NCBI RefSeq assembly: GCF_964213995.1
Contig: NC_135830.1
Location: 13,516,001-13,580,000, forward strand
Source: Mustelus asterias
Lineage: Eukaryota
Length of the DNA stretch: 64,000 nucleotides
Direction of reading: 5' to 3'
Made by a program: the position numbers and the translations under genes. This document shows, piece by piece, positions 38,373-52,168 of the stretch; position 1 is the first letter of the stretch; each line of letters starts with the position of its first letter. The notes below the pieces were generated by a model. That model saw only the letters and a list, made by a program, of their open reading frames with translations. It searched no databases and was not told the DNA's origin.

Positions 38373-39130
38373 ATGGAGAAACCGTGGAAATGTGGGGACT
38401 GTGGGAAGGGATTCATTTCCCCATCTCAGCTGGAAGCTCATCGACGCAGTCACACTGGGGAGAGACCATTCACTTGCTGTGTGTGTGGCAAGGGATTCAG
38501 TCAGTTATCGAATCTGCGGACACACCAGCGAGTTCACACTGGGGAGAGGCCGTTCACCTGCTCTCAGTGTGGGGAGGGATTCACTCGGTTATCCAGCCTG
38601 CAGACTCATCAGCGAGTTCACACTGGGGAGAGGCCATTCACCTGCTCTCAGTGTGGGAAGGGATTCACTGACTTATCCAGCCTGCGGGGACACCAGCGAA
38701 TTCACACTGGGGAGAGACCATTCACCTGCTCTCAGTGTGGGGACGGATTCACTCAGTCATCCGCCCTGCGGAGACACCAGCGAGTTCACACTGGGGAGAA
38801 GCTGTTCACTTGCTCTCAGTGTTTAAAGGGATTCACTCAATTATCCCACCTGCAGACACACCAGCGAGTTCACACTGGGGAGAGGCCATTCACCTGCTCT
38901 CAGTGTGGGAAGGGATTCACTGACTTATCCAACCTGCAGACACACCAGCGAGTTCACACTGGGGAGAAACCATTCACCTGCTCTCAGTGTGGGAAGGGAT
39001 TCACTCAGTCATCCAGCCTGCGGAGACACCAGCGAGTTCACACTGGGGGAGGCCATTCATCTGCTCTCAGTGTGGGAAGAGTTTCAGAACTTCATCCCAC
39101 CTGCTGAGACACCAACCAATTCACAAGTGA
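38373..39130 (+). CDS. C2H2 zinc-finger protein (8 fingers plus a 9th after a 1-nt deletion)
   Basis: ACCATGG start MEKPWKC. The ORF as read ends at 39107. ACTGGGGGAGG near 39045 lacks one A relative to the linker, and restoring it gives ...HQPIHK* ending at 39130. Confidence 0.8.
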
Positions 39131-41119
39131 TTCCAGGGGTTGGATTCTGCTGTCATTGTTTCTGCTCTCAGTTACATCCAGGACTGCATTTTGTTCATTT
39201 TCCCAGTTGGTCAATGGGGAGGGTCGGAGGGGTTCTTTCTGCTGGACTGGCCGGTCTCACGACTTTGCCTCCAGTGGGCTGAGTCTTGTTACGAATACCT
39301 GGTTTCAAATTTCACATGGATCACAGAGTGACCGGGCGATCGGAAGTTAAGACATGTTGAGTCAGCATTTCTAATTGAAACACCGCCTGAATGCCAATCG
39401 AATTTCCTTTGCAATAGTTTGTTGTCTCCACTTCCTCCACCCTCGTAGGCAGCGATTTCCAGAACATTACCATTCGCTGCATCAAAATATTCTCCCTCAC
39501 ATTCCCCCCCCTGCATCTCTGACCCAAAACCTTAAATCTGTGTCCCCCTCGTCCTTGTCTCATCAGCTAATGGGAACAGCTTTTCTTTGTCCACCTTATC
39601 TAAACCTGTCAGAATCTTGTCCACCTCTATCAAATCTCCCTCAACCTCCTTTGTTCCAAGGAGAACCCCAGCCTGACATTGACAATAAGGAACAAACTAA
39701 TAGAATATGTTAATGCCTGAAATCAAATGGGAATGTTTAATTTCTGATTTAAAGATATTGTGAATATATTGTCCTGGACAATCAAGGAATTTGAATAACT
39801 CACCTTGGGTGTGGTTGAATGGAATAGACAATCTGGTATCCACCTTCATTCTGGTGAAAGTATGGAATGTGTAGCTGGAAAACCCTCCCTAACAGGACTG
39901 TGGGTGTACTTACACCTCAGGCATTGTAGCAGTTCAAGAAGGCAGTGTTGGGGTTGACCATGGCCGAGGCAGCTACATACAGCCACATATTCTGTTATAA
40001 TTGAAGGACTGCAGATTGAATATGAGGCATTATGGGACTGGACTATCTTGACCACATTCCTGTGGCTGCTCAGTTTCTGCAATCACGGACCATTAAAGCT
40101 GCTTAGCAGGGCCCCGATAGAGGACGTGGTGGGAATATTTACTCAGAATGAGTTAGAATTAAACTTATTCCAAAACACCGGCTGGTGTTCAGCAGCTGAT
40201 ATACCCGAATTTGTAAAAAGAGGGTCTGACCAATCAACAAACCATGGTAGGGAGTCGGTTAAGAAGTGAAGAAGCGTTCTCAGGCATTGTTTAAATTATT
40301 TCATCATAAATTTGTGATAAGAACTGTGAGGGACTTGTGACCCGATAGTCGGCGAGGTGACGGTATACTCCAAATAGCACTGGACTGAAAAGCGGACCTC
40401 TGAGTGTAGATTATAATGGTTATAATCCTACCCAAGCATGGTCAGTGAAAAATCAGAGCTCAAGTGGGGACCGGAGAGGTCTCTTACCTGCCATTTGGAA
40501 ACTAAGAACAAGAAACATATTGATAAAATAATTAGAGAATAGAGCCAACGTTTTGAGTCTGAATGACACTTCGTAAGAGCTCTTATGAAGGGACATCTTG
40601 ATTCGAAATATTGGCTCTATTCTCTCTCCACAGATGCTATCAGACCCGCTGAGATTTTCCAGCATTTTCTGGGTTTTTTTCAGATTCCAGCATCCACAGT
40701 ATTTCACTTTTATGATAAAATGATTTGGTCTGATTGGGATCCCCACGACCCTCCCGCATTGTTCTGACTCTACCAGCTGGGCTGTGGAATTAATTGGATA
40801 GATCTTCCAGAGAGCCAGCAGAGACATAATGGGCCAAATGATTTCTATTTATGCTGTATCATTCTCTAAAACAGTGAATATTCAGTATCAGGGACAGAGA
40901 GAAGAACCAGTGACTGTGCGATTGAACCCAGCCAGAATCAGCACCATAAAGGGAGGAGTGAGAGGGAAACGGTGTGAAAGCTTTGAAACCATTGCATGGT
41001 CCTGCAGCAGAACTTTGAGAAATGGAGCACAGGAGATCACCAATTCTCAATATTTCATTAATTTACCTCAAATGCGAACAATGTTATTATGAATTAATTG
41101 TATGAGGTTTCAATGGCGG

Positions 41120-41490
41120 TTATTACCCAGCATTCGCTGCGGGTGTGAAAGTGCCCTACTCACTCCACAGGAGCCCAGTGCGCAGGCGCAGCACTGTATC
41201 TGGGGCATGCGCAGTGTCACTTTGCTCGGAGGCCTGCGAGTGCGGGAGACACTTGTTTCAAGGGGTGAGAATCGGTAGGGCGGCCGGAGGAATGGAGTCG
41301 GGGTGGGGAGGGAGCAGAGGCTTCATGAACATCTGCTGTAGGCCGCAAGGCCTGAATAAGAGCCTTCCGGTCCCGGGTTTGCAGCTCCGGGGATTTTATC
41401 TGGGATCAGGCCCAGTGCCGTGGCCGCCATCTTTGTTTAGCGGGGAGCAGAGCGCATGCGCGCTCAGTGGGCGGAGCTTCAGGATTTGGG
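41120..41490. promoter_or_regulatory. Paralogous ZNF promoter
   Basis: Homologous to 37130-37520. GCCGCCATCTTT 41423, GCGCATGCGC 41452, GCGCAGGCGCA near 41180. Confidence 0.6.
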
Positions 41491-42179
41491 TGACCAGGAG
41501 AGACAATGTTTGAGTCATTGACTGACAGGCCGGGTTCATGGATGCTGCCTTTCCCGGGGGAAGGTGCTGCAGGGGGAATGTGCGGCCATTCGAATAACAG
41601 AACAAAAACATGATCAAAATTAGGAGCAGGAGGGGGCATCTAGACCCATCGAGGCTGCTCCACCATTCAGTAAACACATGGCTTAACTCAATTTTCCTCC
41701 AGCCTCAACCTCTCTAACTCATCACCTCCTGGTAGGTAAAATTGTAAATAACACAGCTTTGAATATACTCAATGAGCCGGCCTCTATTGTTCAATGAGGG
41801 AGAGAATTTCACAGCTTACTGAACTTCTGAGAGAAGCAATTTCTCCTCATCTCTGTCTTAGATCATTATTTTTAAATTGTTCTCGCAGTTCCAGATTCCG
41901 TGTTGAGGGGTAAACCCTTTCAGCATTCACTCTGTCAAGCACCTTCAGAATCTCATATGTTTCAGTAAGATCACATCTCATTTATCTAAAATCCAACGAG
42001 CATAGATGCACCCTGCCGAACCTTTCCTCATAAAACAGACCCCTTCATGCCCAAAATCAGCGAGTGAACCTTGTCTGAATTGTTTCCAATGTAAGTATAT
42101 TCCATCTTAAGTAATCTTATGCTAGAAAACAGGAGGGGAGAATGTTATGGATTTATATTCAGGACTGACAAATGACTGT

Positions 42180-42530
42180 TGGGGGTGACACAGTGGTTAG
42201 CAGTTCTGTCTCATAGCGCCAGAGACCCGGTTCAATTCCAGCCTCGGGTGATTGTCTGTATGGAGTTTGCACATTCTCACTCTGTCTGTGTGGGTTTCCT
42301 CCGGGTGCTCTGGTTTCCTCCCACACTCCAAAGATGTGCAGGTTAGGTTGATCAACAGTGCTAAATTGTCCCTCTGTGTCCCAAGATGAGGGGGGAGGAA
42401 AGGGGAGGATTAGTGATGTACGTACATCAGGTTACAGGGATAGGGTCTGAGTAAAGGGTCTGTTAGAAACTTGATGCAGACTCAATGGCCTAAAAGACCT
42501 CCTTCTGCACTGCAGAAATTCTGTGATTTT
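42180..42530 (+). mobile_element. HE1-like SINE
   Basis: Head CAGTGGTTAGCA..., GGTTCAATTCC B box and core. Confidence 0.75.
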
Positions 42531-43329
42531 GGAATCTCCTTGGTTAGAAGAAGAGGATTTTCAAGCAATCTCAAACCCCCCAAAAATGTGTATCTCTTAA
42601 TTTCAAGCCACAATTAACACGTGACTCTTGTAATCTCCTTTTGCAGGGAGTTAGAATATTTGAAGATTGCAATTTTTCTCTGATTCCAGTGCTTCTGACA
42701 TCTTTCCAGCTGCAGGTTTCAAATTAGAAAACAGTGAAATTGTTTCAGAGGTGAGTATTATTGAACATTTACCTATAATTTTGAATTTTCCTGCTGTGCT
42801 CTGTTATCTGTACTCTGGTTCCACGTCTTTGGGGCTGGTGTGACTCCGTTACTCTGGATCTGAATCCATGTCCATCCATTGCTTTGTTTCACCCCTGCCC
42901 TCCCTGATCACCTCTCTGTCATTGTCAGTTCAGAGAAGGATCTGCAGGCTGATAGCTGGGATGAAGGCATTGTTTTGTGAGGAAAGGTTGGGCCTGTACT
43001 GACTGGAGTTTAGAGGTGATCATAGTATTGACATCAGATTGTGAGGTAGTGATTAGTATAGATGAAGAGAGGATGTTTCCAATGTTGGGGATTCCAGAAT
43101 TAGTCGGCAAATTGTCAAAATAAAGGGTCCCCCATTTCTGATGGTGAGGAGGAGAAATGTCTTCCCTCAGAGGGCCGTTAGTCTTTGCAATTCTCTTCCC
43201 CAGAGAGCAGTGGAGGCTGCATCATTAAATATACTCAAAATACAGAGAGATTTTTGATCGAAAAGGGAGTCAAGGGTGACAGGAAGAAAAGTGGAGTTAA
43301 GATTACATCAAATCAGCCATGATCTTGAT

Positions 43330-43770
43330 GGGGAGACGATGGCCTTGTGGTATTATTGCTGGACTATTAATCAGAAACTCAGCTAATGTTCTGGGGACCC
43401 GGGTTTGAATCCTGCCATAGAATCATAGAAATCCTACAGTACAGAGGGAGGCCATTCAGCCCATCGAGTCTGCACCAACAACAATCCCACCCCATAGCAG
43501 CTTGGTGGAATTTGAATTCAATAAAAAATATCTGGAATTAAGAAATTACTGATGACCATGAAACCCTTTTGATTGTCGGAAAAACCTATCTGGTTCACTA
43601 ATGTCCTTCAGGGAATGAAATCTGCCATCCTTAACTGGTCTGGCCGACATGTGACTCCAAAGCCACAACAATGTGGTTGACTTGCAACTGCCCTCCAAGA
43701 GCAACTCGGGATGGATAATAAATGCTGGCCAGCCAGCAACATCCATATCCCATGAATGAATGAAAAAAAT
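43330..43770 (+). mobile_element. SacSINE1-like SINE with a nested HE1-type tail fragment
   Basis: Core interrupted at about 43415-43495 by an AGAATCATAGAAATCCTACAG...CCATCGAGTCTGCACC fragment flanked by CCATAG. Confidence 0.65.
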
Positions 43771-44419
43771 TCAATTGAGCAGCTTGGTGGGCTGAATTTC
43801 TAACTATTTCTTATGATCTGTCAGGAACATGAAATGGTGAGTGTCAATCAGCATTAATTAGCACCTTCAGGAGAATTGGGTGGGTGTATATTAAAGTTTA
43901 TTTATTAGTCACAAGTAAGGCTTATTTTAACACTGCAATTTCTCTTAAAGACATCGACATCCTTTGCTCCCTCAGCTTGACACATTGATTTGTCTGGCTG
44001 AAAGGTCCCTTTCCTAATGTTCACAATTAAAGGGCTGGTTTCCCCAGGGGATGGCTGACATTTAAAAGAACAATAAATTAATATAGGGCAGAGATATGCC
44101 TTGTGTTGTTACATTGTAGATTTGATATATTATTTATGGTTCTGTAACAAAGTACATTTATTATTATTTCTCGTTTTGTAATGGAGCACTGAAGCAATGT
44201 TATATATTTCCACTCATCGAGTCATTACAGCACAGAAGGAGTCCATTCAGTAACTCGAATCCGTGCCGACTCTCTGTAGAACAATCCAGTCAGTCCCATT
44301 CCCTTTCTATATTCCCGTTCCCCTGCAAGTTTATTTCCTTCACGTGCCCATCTAATTTCTGAAATATATTAAAGGGGACAGTAAACTAATATCGGACAGA
44401 GACGTGTCTGATGTTTTTT

Positions 44420-44805
44420 TTTATTCATCCTTGGGACACGGGCATTGCCGGCTGGGCCAGCATTTATTGCCCATCCTTAATTGCCCTTGAACTGAGTGGC
44501 TCGCTGGGCCATTTCAGAGGATGGTTGAGAGTCAACCACATTGCTGTGGCTCTGGAGTCACATGTAGGCCAGACTGGGTAAGGACGGCAGATTTCCTTCC
44601 CTAAAGCACATTAATGAACCAGATGGGTTTTTTGGTCAATCGACAATGGTTTCATGTTCATCAGTAGATTCTGAATTCCAGATTTTGTTTTTAAATTCAA
44701 ATTCCACCATCTGCCGTGGCAGGATTCAAACCTGGGTCCCCAGAACATCAGCTCAGTTTCTGGATTAATAGTCTAGCGATAATACCACGAGGCTATCAAC
44801 TCCCC
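44420..44805 (-). mobile_element. SacSINE1-like SINE, near full length
   Basis: Very similar to 1-298. Confidence 0.75.
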
Positions 44806-46106
44806 TGTTGTTATATGGTACAGATTAGATATATTATTTATAGCTCTGTAATAAAATACACTTATTATATCTGGCTGTGTAATTTTGGACTGCAGCTATA
44901 TTATATATTTCCAACAATCTCTTCCCTCAGAGAATTGTTAGTATCTAGATTTCTCTTCCCTAGGGACCAGTGGAGGGATTGAATATATTCAAGGATGAGT
45001 TAGACAGTTTTTGAATGATAAGGGAGTCAATAATTATTGGGAACAGGCTGGAAAATGGAGAGAAAGCTCAGATGAGGAAGGATTTCTTCACTCAAGGACG
45101 TGGTGATGTTTTGGATTCTCTACCCCAGAGGACTATAGAGCCTCAGTCATCAAGAATTTTCAAGAGAGGGATTGATAGGTTTCTAGATATTGAAGATATC
45201 GATGGATATGGGGGACAGTGTGGGGAAAATAATGCAGAGGTAGATCAACCAATAATCTCAATGAATGGTTGAGCAGACTCGATGGGCCGAATGCTGACTG
45301 CAGCTCCTATTTGTTCTGATTTCTGTGCTGGACAGGAAGCAGTGAACATGGATCTGTCAATCAGCCTCAATCAGCACCTTCAGGAGAATTGGGAGGGTGA
45401 ATATTAGATACAGCAGAGTGAGAATGGAGGGAGAGTGTGTGGGATGGAGATTCACGGCTTTTGGGGAATGAGAGAGGAAAGAATGTTCATTAGAATCATA
45501 GAATTGCTGCATCTTATCAACCGTCCCTGAGCTTTCACAATGAATCCCACTTCTGAGGACACCCTTATCTCTGACTTGTCTGTACTGCTGGCAGTCTCAC
45601 AAAGCAGCTGCCTGTGTGCTGATACACACCCTGCTGGGCAAGTTTAATGCTCCATGACTGTGTCTTTAATGAATGCTCCATAGAAACTAGAAATGTAGAT
45701 TTGAATTTCGATCATATTCTGAATTGCGATATTTTTTTTTCTAAATTGACTTACAGGATATTAGACAAGGAGAAATCAGACAGAAATCTCCAACATCACA
45801 TCGAGATCTGACAGAGTGACTCGATTTCTTGGGACCTGAATATCATCGGCCTTTGAATCTAGCAGGAGAAATGTTTGTTTGGCCTCTTGGCTTCAAAAGA
45901 TTGTAAACATCGCTGTGACTAGAAATGCACTGAGATACACACACCCGAGTGAGAGTGTTCCAGTGCACTGAGTGTGGAAAGAGCTTTAACCAGTTACACA
46001 GCCTGAAAATACATCGCAGCATTCACAGCGCGGAGAGACTGTACCCGTGTTCTGTGTCAGATTTAACTGATTGTTTAACCTGGAGAGTCACAAGGACACC
46101 CACACC

Positions 46107-47504
46107 ATGGAGAAACCATGGAAATGTGGGAACTGTGGGAAGGGATTCAGGTTCCCATCTCTGCTGGAAATTCATCGACGCAGTCACACTGGGGAGAGAC
46201 CATTCACCTGCTCTGTGTGTGGGAAGGGATTCACTGACTTACCTAATCTGCAGAGACACCAACGACTTCACACTGGGGAGAGGCCATTCACCTGCTCTGT
46301 GTGTGGGAAGGGATTCAGTCAGTTATCCAGCCTGCAGAAACACAATCTCACTCACACCAATGAGAGACTATTTAAATGCTCTGACTGTGGGAGTGGTTTC
46401 AAAAGCTCTGGGGAACTGGTGTCCCACCAGCGCATTCACACTGAGGAGAGACCGTTCAGCTGCTCTCACTGCACAAAGAGATTTAGAACTTCATCCGACC
46501 TGCGGATACACCAGCGAGTTCACACTGGGGAGAGACCGTTCACCTGCTCTGTGTGTGGGAAGGGATTCACTCATTCATCCAGCCTGCTGAGTCACAATCT
46601 CACTCACACCAATGAGAGACCGTTTAAATGCTCTGACTGTGGGAGCGGATTCAGAAGTTCTCAGGATCTGGTATCCCACCAGCGCATTCACACTGGGGAG
46701 AGACCGTTCAGCTGCTCTCACTGCTCAATGAGATTTAGAACTTCATCCAACCTGCAGATTCACCAGCGAGTTCACACAGGGGAAAGACCGTTCACCTGCT
46801 CTGTGTGTGGGAAGGGATTCACTCGGTCATCCAGCCTGCAGAAACACAAAGCCACTCACACCAATGAGAGACCATTTAAATGCTCTGACTGTGGGAATGG
46901 CTTCAAAAGGTCTCAGGATCTGGTGTCCCACCAGCGCATTCACACTGAGGAGAGACCGTTCAGCTGCTCTCACTGCTCAAAGAGATTTAGAACTTCAACC
47001 AACCTGCGGCAACACCAGGGAGTTCACACCGGGGAGAGACCATTCACCTGCTCTGTGTGTGGGAAGGGATTCACAACTTCATCCCACCTGCGCAGACACA
47101 AAGTCACTCACACTAATGAGAGACCGTTTAAATGCTCTGACTGTGGGAGCGGATTCAAAAGCTCTCAGGACCTGGTGTCCCACCAGCGCATTCACACTGA
47201 GGAGAGACCGTTCAGCTGCTCTCACTGCTCAAAGAGATTTAAAAGGTCATCCAGCCTGTGGGAACATCAGCGAGTTCACACTGGGGAGAGACCATTCCCC
47301 TGCTCTGTGTGTGGGAAGGGATTCACTACTTCATCCAGCCTGCAGAAACACAAAGCCACTCACTCCAAGGAGAGACCCTTTAAATGCTCTGCCCGAGAGG
47401 CCGGCTTCAGAAGCTCTCAGGAACTGATGATCCCCGAGCACATTCACACCGGGGAGAGGCCGTTCAGCTGCTCTCACTGTTCAAGGAGGTTTAGAATATC
47501 ATGA
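46107..47504 (+). CDS. C2H2 zinc-finger protein (15 intact fingers, decayed fingers continue to about 47775)
   Basis: ACCATGG start MEKPWKC within ORF 46071-47504. Repeating three-finger module. Confidence 0.85.
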   Translation: MEKPWKCGNCGKGFRFPSLLEIHRRSHTGERPFTCSVCGKGFTDLPNLQRHQRLHTGERPFTCSVCGKGFSQLSSLQKHNLTHTNERLFKCSDCGSGFKSSGELVSHQRIHTEERPFSCSHCTKRFRTSSDLRIHQRVHTGERPFTCSVCGKGFTHSSSLLSHNLTHTNERPFKCSDCGSGFRSSQDLVSHQRIHTGERPFSCSHCSMRFRTSSNLQIHQRVHTGERPFTCSVCGKGFTRSSSLQKHKATHTNERPFKCSDCGNGFKRSQDLVSHQRIHTEERPFSCSHCSKRFRTSTNLRQHQGVHTGERPFTCSVCGKGFTTSSHLRRHKVTHTNERPFKCSDCGSGFKSSQDLVSHQRIHTEERPFSCSHCSKRFKRSSSLWEHQRVHTGERPFPCSVCGKGFTTSSSLQKHKATHSKERPFKCSAREAGFRSSQELMIPEHIHTGERPFSCSHCSRRFRIS

Positions 47505-47864
47505 ACACTGCTGAAACACCAGTGAGTTCACACCGGGGAGAAACCATTCACCTGCTCGGTGTGTGCGAAAGGATTTACTCGGTTATCCAGCCTGCCCAGA
47601 CACAACATCATCACACCCAGGAGAGACCCTTTAAATGTGGGCGTGGCTTCAAAAGCTCTCGGGGACTCGTGTCCCACCAGTGAGTTCACACCAGGCAGAG
47701 GCTGGTCACCTGCTCTGACTGGGAAGGGATTCACTCAGTCAGCAAACTTGGTGAAACACCAGTGAGTTCACAAGTGATTACAGTTCTGGGATTATTCTTG
47801 TGAATCTTTCTTGCCCCTTCTCCAGTGCCTCTATTTCCTTTTTCTAAATGGAGATCACAAATAG

Positions 47865-49045
47865 ACCGTAGAACAGTACAGCACAGGAACAGACCCTTCA
47901 GCCCACCATGTTGTGTCGAACATGATGCCAAATTAAACTATTCCTTTCTGCCTGCCCTTGGTCCATATTCCTCTATCCCTTGCATATTCATTTGCTTATT
48001 TAAAACCCCCTTAAACGCCCCTATCGTATCTACCTCCACCACCGCCCCTGGCAGCGTGTTCCAGACACCTACCACTCTCTGTGTAAAAAAACTTCCCTCT
48101 CACATCTCCTTTCAACTTTGCCCATCTCACCTTAAGTGCATGCTCCCTGGTATTAGACATATCAAGTCTGGGGGAAAAGATTCTATGTCTCTTATTTTAT
48201 AGACTGCTATCAGGTCTCCCCTCACCCTCCGCCGCTATCGAGAAAACAACCCTCGTTTGTCAGTCGCTCACACCCTCCAATCCAGGCAGCATCCTGAAAA
48301 ACCTCTTCTGCACCCTCATCAAAGCCTCTGCATCCTTTCTGTAATGTGGCGACCAGAATTGAACGCAATATTCTAAGTGCAGCCCAAACAAAGTTTTATA
48401 GAGCTGCAACATGGCATGCTGACTCTTGTACTCAATAAAGGCAAGCATGCCATATGCCGCCTTTACCGACTAAATATTTGTGTGGCTAATTTCAGGAAGC
48501 TATGGACTTGAACCCCAAGATCCCTCTGTACATTAACTGTATACTTATCCTTAATATTTGATCTCCCAAAGTGCAGCACCTCACACTTGCCCGGATTAAA
48601 ATCCATCTGCCATTTCTCCGCTCATATCTGCAGCTGATCTACATCCCACTGTATCCTTTGACAGCCTTCTACACTATCTACAACTCCAACTAGCTTTGTG
48701 TCGTCTGCAAGCTTACTAACCCACCCATCCACATTTTCATCCAAGTCATTTATATATATCACAAATAGCGCAGGTCCCAGTACGGATCCCTGCAGAACAC
48801 CACTAGTCATGGACCTCCAGTCAGAAAAACACCCTCCACCACTACTCTCTGACTTCTATGGGTAAGTCAATTCTGAATCCAAGCGGCCAAGTCACCATGA
48901 ATCCCATGCATCTTAATCTTCTGGATGAGCCGACCATGAGGGACCTTGTCGAAAGCCTCACTAAAATCCGTGTACACAACATCCACTGCTCTACCCTCAT
49001 CGATCACCTTCGTCATCTCCTCAATAAAATCGATCAAGTCAGTAA
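47865..49045 (-). mobile_element. Degraded CR1 LINE
   Basis: Reverse-strand fragments SGVLQGSVLGP...LADD and LEYCVQFWSPHY, with the 3' stem-loop at about 47870-47905. Confidence 0.9.
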
Positions 49046-49882
49046 GATGTTGACGGTGCTCCCACTGCAGTCCTGTGATGAAAATATAGACTGGTTGGTG
49101 AAATGTAGATAACAGGTAGAATTGATATCTAATGAGGACTTTATACTTTAGAATTGAATACAGGGCTCATTGTTACTAACGGGGAAAGAAGGGTTAAAAC
49201 CCTTACCCAGAACCCTTTTCACACACATGTGGACATCTCTGAATCTGACGCACACCAAAAGGAACATTACACAAGGGGCTGGAATTCACTGGAATTTCTT
49301 AACAACCTTTCAATAGAAATGTCCTGGTACCGACTGTGACAAAGGACACAACAGACAGCAAGAACCAGGAGGAACCTTTAACCCAGAGAATGTTAATCAC
49401 CTTGTTCAGGACACCGCTGCCAGGCACAGGAGGACCCCTGGAAAAACGGAACATTTAATTTCTGTCTGTTTCACAATTCTAAATGACTGATTCTTTATCA
49501 AAGGAATGTTTAAAAACAGCATTGTGATATTCCAAGGTGAGTGTGTCTGGGAAAGGCGCACACTGATGTGTTTTTATTTTAAACAGGAGGATCCATTGAA
49601 AAGCAGCTCTGGACGATACGAGCACCTCCTGACCTACTTTCAATTCATTTCAAATCACCCATCACTTTCCCTGCAATATTCTTTATTCTTTCCTGGGATG
49701 TGGACACTGCTGGCAAAGCCCCAGCACACGGTGCTCAGCTCCTAATTGCCCCTGAATAGAGTGACTTGCTCAGCCATTTCAGAGGGACAGTTAAGAGTCA
49801 CCCACATTGCTGTGTGGGTCTGGATTCACATGTAGGCCAGACCGGGTAAGGATGGCAGATTTCCTTCCCTGATTTCCTTCCC

Positions 49883-52168
49883 AGGATTAAGGAGAATCCC
49901 AAGGCATTTTATTCATACGTTAGGAACAAAAGGGTTGTAAGGGAAAAAATCGGACCTCTCAGGGACAAAAGTGGGGACTTATGCTTGGAGCCCAAAGAGG
50001 TAGGGGAGATCCTAAATGAATACTTTGCGTCGGTATTCACTAAGGAGAGGGATGTGTTGACTGGGAGTGTCTCAGAGGGGAGTGTTGAACCGTTGGAGAA
50101 AATCTCCATTACAAAGGAGGAAGTGTTAGGTTTGTTAGAGAATATAAAGACTGACAAATCCCCAGGGCCTGATGGAATCTATCCAAGGCTGCTCAGGGAG
50201 ACGAGAGGTGAAATAGTTGGGCCTCTGACGCAAATCTTTGTCTCGTCACTGGACACAGGTGAGGTCCCAGAGGATTGGAGGATAGCCAATGTGGTCCCGT
50301 TATTTAAGAAGGGTAGGAAGGATAACCCGGGTAATTATAGGCCGGTGAGCTTGACGTCCGTGGTGGGGAAGTTGTTGGAGAATATTCTTAAAGATAGGAT
50401 GTATGCGCATTTAGAAAGGAATAAACTCATTAACGATAGTCAACATGGTTTTGTGAGAGGGAGGTCATGCCTCACGAACCTGGTGGTGTTTTTTGAAGAA
50501 GTGACCAAAATGGTTGACGAAGGAAGGGCCGTGGATGTTGTCTATATGGACTTTAGTAAAGCGTTTGACAAAGTCCCTCATGGTAGGCTAGTGAAAAAGG
50601 TTGGATCCTTTGGGATAAAGGGGGAGGTGGCTAGATGGGTGGAGAACTGGCTTGGTCATAGAAGACAGAGGGTGGTAGTGGAAGGGTCTTTTTCCGGCTG
50701 GAGGCCTGTGACTAGTGGTGTACCACAGGGCTCTGTATTGGGACCTCTGCTGTTTGTGATTTATATAAATGATCTGGAAGAAGGAGTAACTGGGGTGATC
50801 AGTAAGTTTGCAGACGACACAAAACTGGCAGGACTTGCAGATAGTGAGGAACATTGTCAGAGGCTACAGAAGGATATAGATAGGCTGGAAATTTGGGCAA
50901 GGAAATGGCAGATGGAGTTCAATCCTGATAAATGCGAAGTGATGCATTTTGGTGGGAATAATGTAGGGAGGAGCTACACGATAAATGGAAGAACCATAAA
51001 GGGTGTAGAGACGCAGAGGGACCTGGGTGTGCAAGTCCACAGATCTTTGAAGGTGACGTCACAGGTGGAGAAGGTGGTGAAGAAGGCATATGGCATGCTT
51101 GCCTTTATAGGACGGGGCATAGAGTATAAAAGTTGGGGTCTGATGTTGCAGATGTATAGAACGTTGGTTCGGCCGCATTTGGAATACTGCGTCCAGTTCT
51201 GGTCGCCACACTACCAGAAGGACGTGGAGGCTTTGGAGAGAGTACAGAGGAGGTTTACCAGGATGTTGCCTGGTATGGAGGGGCTTGGTTATGAGGAGAG
51301 ATTGGGGAAACTGGGGTTGTTCTCCTTGGAAAGACGGAGGATGAGGGGAGACTTAATAGAGGTGTATAAAATTATGAAAGGCATAGATAGGGTGAACGGT
51401 GGGAAGCTTTTCCCCGGGTCGGTGGTGACGTTCACGAGGGGTCATAGGTTCAAGGTGAAGGGGGGGAGGTTTAACACAGATATCAGAAGGACATATTTCA
51501 CACAGAGGGTCGTGGGGGCCTGGAATGTGTTGCCGGGCAAGGTGGTGGAGGCGGACACACTGGGAACGTTTAAGACTTATCTAGACAGCTATATGAACAG
51601 AGTGGGAATGGAGGGATACAAAAGAGTGGTCTAGTTTGGACCAGGGAGCGGCGCGGGCTAATTGTTCCTGGTTTCTCGTTTCAAGGCTTCATTCTATGAT
51701 CATCTTGCTGGTGCCAGTACAGAGTGAGACTGCGGATAGTTGGGAACCTGTCTCGGGGGCAGGGAATTCATATGGTGTTCGTGGAAGTGGAAATGACTAG
51801 GGTTGGGAAGCATTTTCCGATCGGGGCCATTGTGATCTCCTGGACTCGTTTCGATCGCCTCAGGGGGTCGGAGAGGAATTTCCCAGATTTTTGTTTCCCC
51901 ATATTGGCCCTGGGGTTTTTCACTCTGGGTTTTCGCCTCTCCCTGGAGATCACATGGTCTGGAATGGGGGGGTGGGGGTAAGTTAATAGGTTGTAATGAA
52001 CAAAGCATCGTAGCTGTGAGGGACAGCTCGGTGGATAGGATATTGGTATGTAGATAGGCTGGAAAATTGGGCGGGGATCCTGGATTCAGGATTCAATCCT
52101 GGACCGGGGAGCGGCGCGGGCTTGGAGGGCCGAAGGGCCTGTTCCTGTGCTGTATTGTTCTTTGTTTG
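49883..52168 (+). mobile_element. Young 5'-truncated CR1 LINE with intact RT ORF and extended 3' UTR, inserted in a SINE
   Basis: 549-aa uninterrupted ORF 49985-51634 (KSPGPDG, NYRPVSLTS, QHGF, KFADD). 3' end GGCCGAAGGGCCTGTTCCTGTGCTGTATTGTTC. Confidence 0.96.

Noticed and set aside
38392-47427. Alternative-frame ORFs with [13 protein letters not shown] repeats
   Set aside because: Shadow frames of the C2H2 finger arrays.
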